A DNA stretch of 64,000 bases, from the NCBI GenBank assembly GCA_030248215.1, contig JASANG010001881.1, positions 496,001-560,000 on the forward strand, given 5' to 3'. Positions within the stretch are counted from its first letter, which is position 1; every line of letters starts with the position of its first letter. This DNA is from Enoplolaimus lenunculus (taxonomy: Eukaryota). The position numbers and the translations under genes are program-made. Below, piece after piece: positions 62,231 through 64,000 of this stretch. The notes under the pieces are model-generated. The model worked only from the letters and a program-made list of their open reading frames with translations. It searched no databases and was not told the DNA's origin.

Positions 62231-62962
62231 AAACTATTTTGGCTAAATCTGCAAATATAATTGAACATAAACCAACTATATATACGGGCGTCTATAATTT
62301 CCTCAAAATCTAAGACTTAGGTTCAACCGAAGACTTAGGTAAATCCTCAGGCTTTAGTGAACCTTTGCCTAAACTTGTTTCAAAGCCAGTGTAGAATAAA
62401 GTATACAAGATCCTATACTGTCTTATTGGAGTTCAAATATATGAATTTGAGTATAAATGAAGCTGAAACCAATTGTGTTTATCAAATCTAAACAGATTAC
62501 AATATACAGGCCCGACGCCAACAATTGATCTGGGGGTAAAACCATGCACAGCGGAACAATATACTTAATATAGTATTTTTAATTCTGATGACGAAATTTT
62601 GACCAATAAAGCGAATTTGTTCTCAGGGGTGGTTCACCCCTTGCCAGTTAATTCTCTGTGAAAACTAATTTAAATGGTAAATCTCAATATACAAAATAGG
62701 GTTAAGAGTTTTTATATCTTAACAACATTTTTTCGCATACATTATCATTCGCTTCTCGTTCCAACGACTCGTATTCGATAGTGCATGCTTGAATTGAAAT
62801 AATTGCCTGATATAAAAACAATTGCTTGTTTCATGCAGTAATTTCATGTTGCCAGTTAGTGATAGGTCTTGTATCTCTAATCACTAATTTTTCTTGGTTT
62901 AAAATTTTCTCATGATCACCGGCCTGGTAGCGATTTTTCGAAGTTATTTTCAAGCTTCTTTC

Positions 62963-63151
62963 GGCCCATGTTAGTTTAAGGGGCGTCCAGGTGTCTGGTG
63001 ATCTATACTATAAAAGAGTAGGTTTAGATTCTTGATTACATTTTTTTGCTTAGGTTAGGCTTATGAATACATTTTTGCAATGCTTAGGCTGTAGGCTTTG
63101 GCTTAAGAATACGCTTAATCTACTGTTACGCCCTTCAAAGTAGCATTGGCA
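62963..63151. mobile_element. Telomere-repeat MITE (subfamily B)
   Basis: GGCCCATGTTAGTTTAAGGGGCG ... CGCCCTTCAAAGTAGCATTGGC. Colinear with 13642-13831. Confidence 0.75.
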
Positions 63152-64000
63152 CTGGTTTTTGTCACTAATCATTTCTCGTTTAAAAACCATGTAAATTACG
63201 CATAAGCGCTACACGCGTTAAAATTTTATTAATTGCTGAAATAGCGTTTTAACCTTGATTTATAAGCCAGCTTAGAACGAATCAGAAAATTCGTCAACTA
63301 AAATACTCCATTAAGCTGCAACCTTTGCTTATGCCAAACCCAATTTAACTGCGAATGAGCCGAAGTGCCACATAGAGATGACCCAATCGAATTGGTGTAC
63401 GATTTTCAACCACCAATATTTTGCCTGCGAATGCACATCCTAGGCTTCGTAGTAAGCCAAATATTGAGTTATTCACAAATCGGGGCCTATACAACGGGAT
63501 AATACGAAACCCACATTATATAAGAACTACACTTTCCTGAACGAAATCCTACGGATTTCGTTGTCCGAATCAACCTCGCTAATATACCAAGTACCTCTTA
63601 GTGTACTTTATGACTAATATTTATACTTTTCTTTTAGGGTTTCAGGATGTTTACACGAACAGGTGCTTAATGAAAAATTGGCGTCGTTTAATTTAACTTA
63701 ATAAATTTGAAATTTAAATTGTAAATCTTTAAAATTCTGCCAGCACCTGGTTCGGGTTCTAAATATAAACGCATTGTTTTATCCTAAAATTGCTGTTAGA
63801 TTTGCACTTAGATTTACTATTTATCTACTGCTTTTATCACGGCTGTTTCTGTGTGTTCGCTGTATTAGTAAAATTAATCTGACTTGCATGCAACATTATT
63901 TATGTTTCGGTTTAAGCAACAACAACAACAAAAGAAACAAAAACAATAAAAATAAATATTACAAAGTAACAAATTGATCCAAACAATTTAGATTTACTTT

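Noticed and set aside
1..64000. Autonomous transposase or reverse transcriptase gene
   Set aside because: No ORF in the track shows recognisable DDE, RT or Rep/helicase motifs. All elements seen are non-autonomous.

Overview
AT-rich, intron-containing eukaryotic DNA, very probably from a nematode (TTAGGC telomere-type repeats, TTTCAG splice acceptors, an INX-18-like innexin). Two minus-strand genes can be reconstructed by hand with phase-consistent GT-AG introns. (1) Three exons (2587-1638, 1229-1039, 587-163) of a type II membrane fukutin/LicD-family protein that runs off the left edge. (2) An unusually large innexin: exons 28686-28460, 26458-26194 and 25037-22579, plus a probable upstream exon 40124-39824. 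It is about 945 aa from the family-typical Met or about 1083 aa with the N-terminal extension, and has a ~94-aa Pro-rich insert and a ~480-aa low-complexity C-tail. The rest is intron or intergenic DNA packed with short non-autonomous DNA transposons, and no transposase ORF was recognised. The most striking items are: a family of at least 20 GG-terminated MITEs with 8-bp TSDs that carry telomeric TTAGGC arrays as cargo; a TTAA/piggyBac-type MITE that encloses a tRNA-Gly(CCC)-like Pol III promoter and several hairpins; a TAA-targeting MITE nested in a telomeric array; an innexin exon that begins with a perfect AG|GTAAGT recursive-splice-like motif; and a uORF that stops 2 nt before the canonical innexin ATG. 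Family assignments rest on motifs read by eye and recalled sequences. No searches were run.
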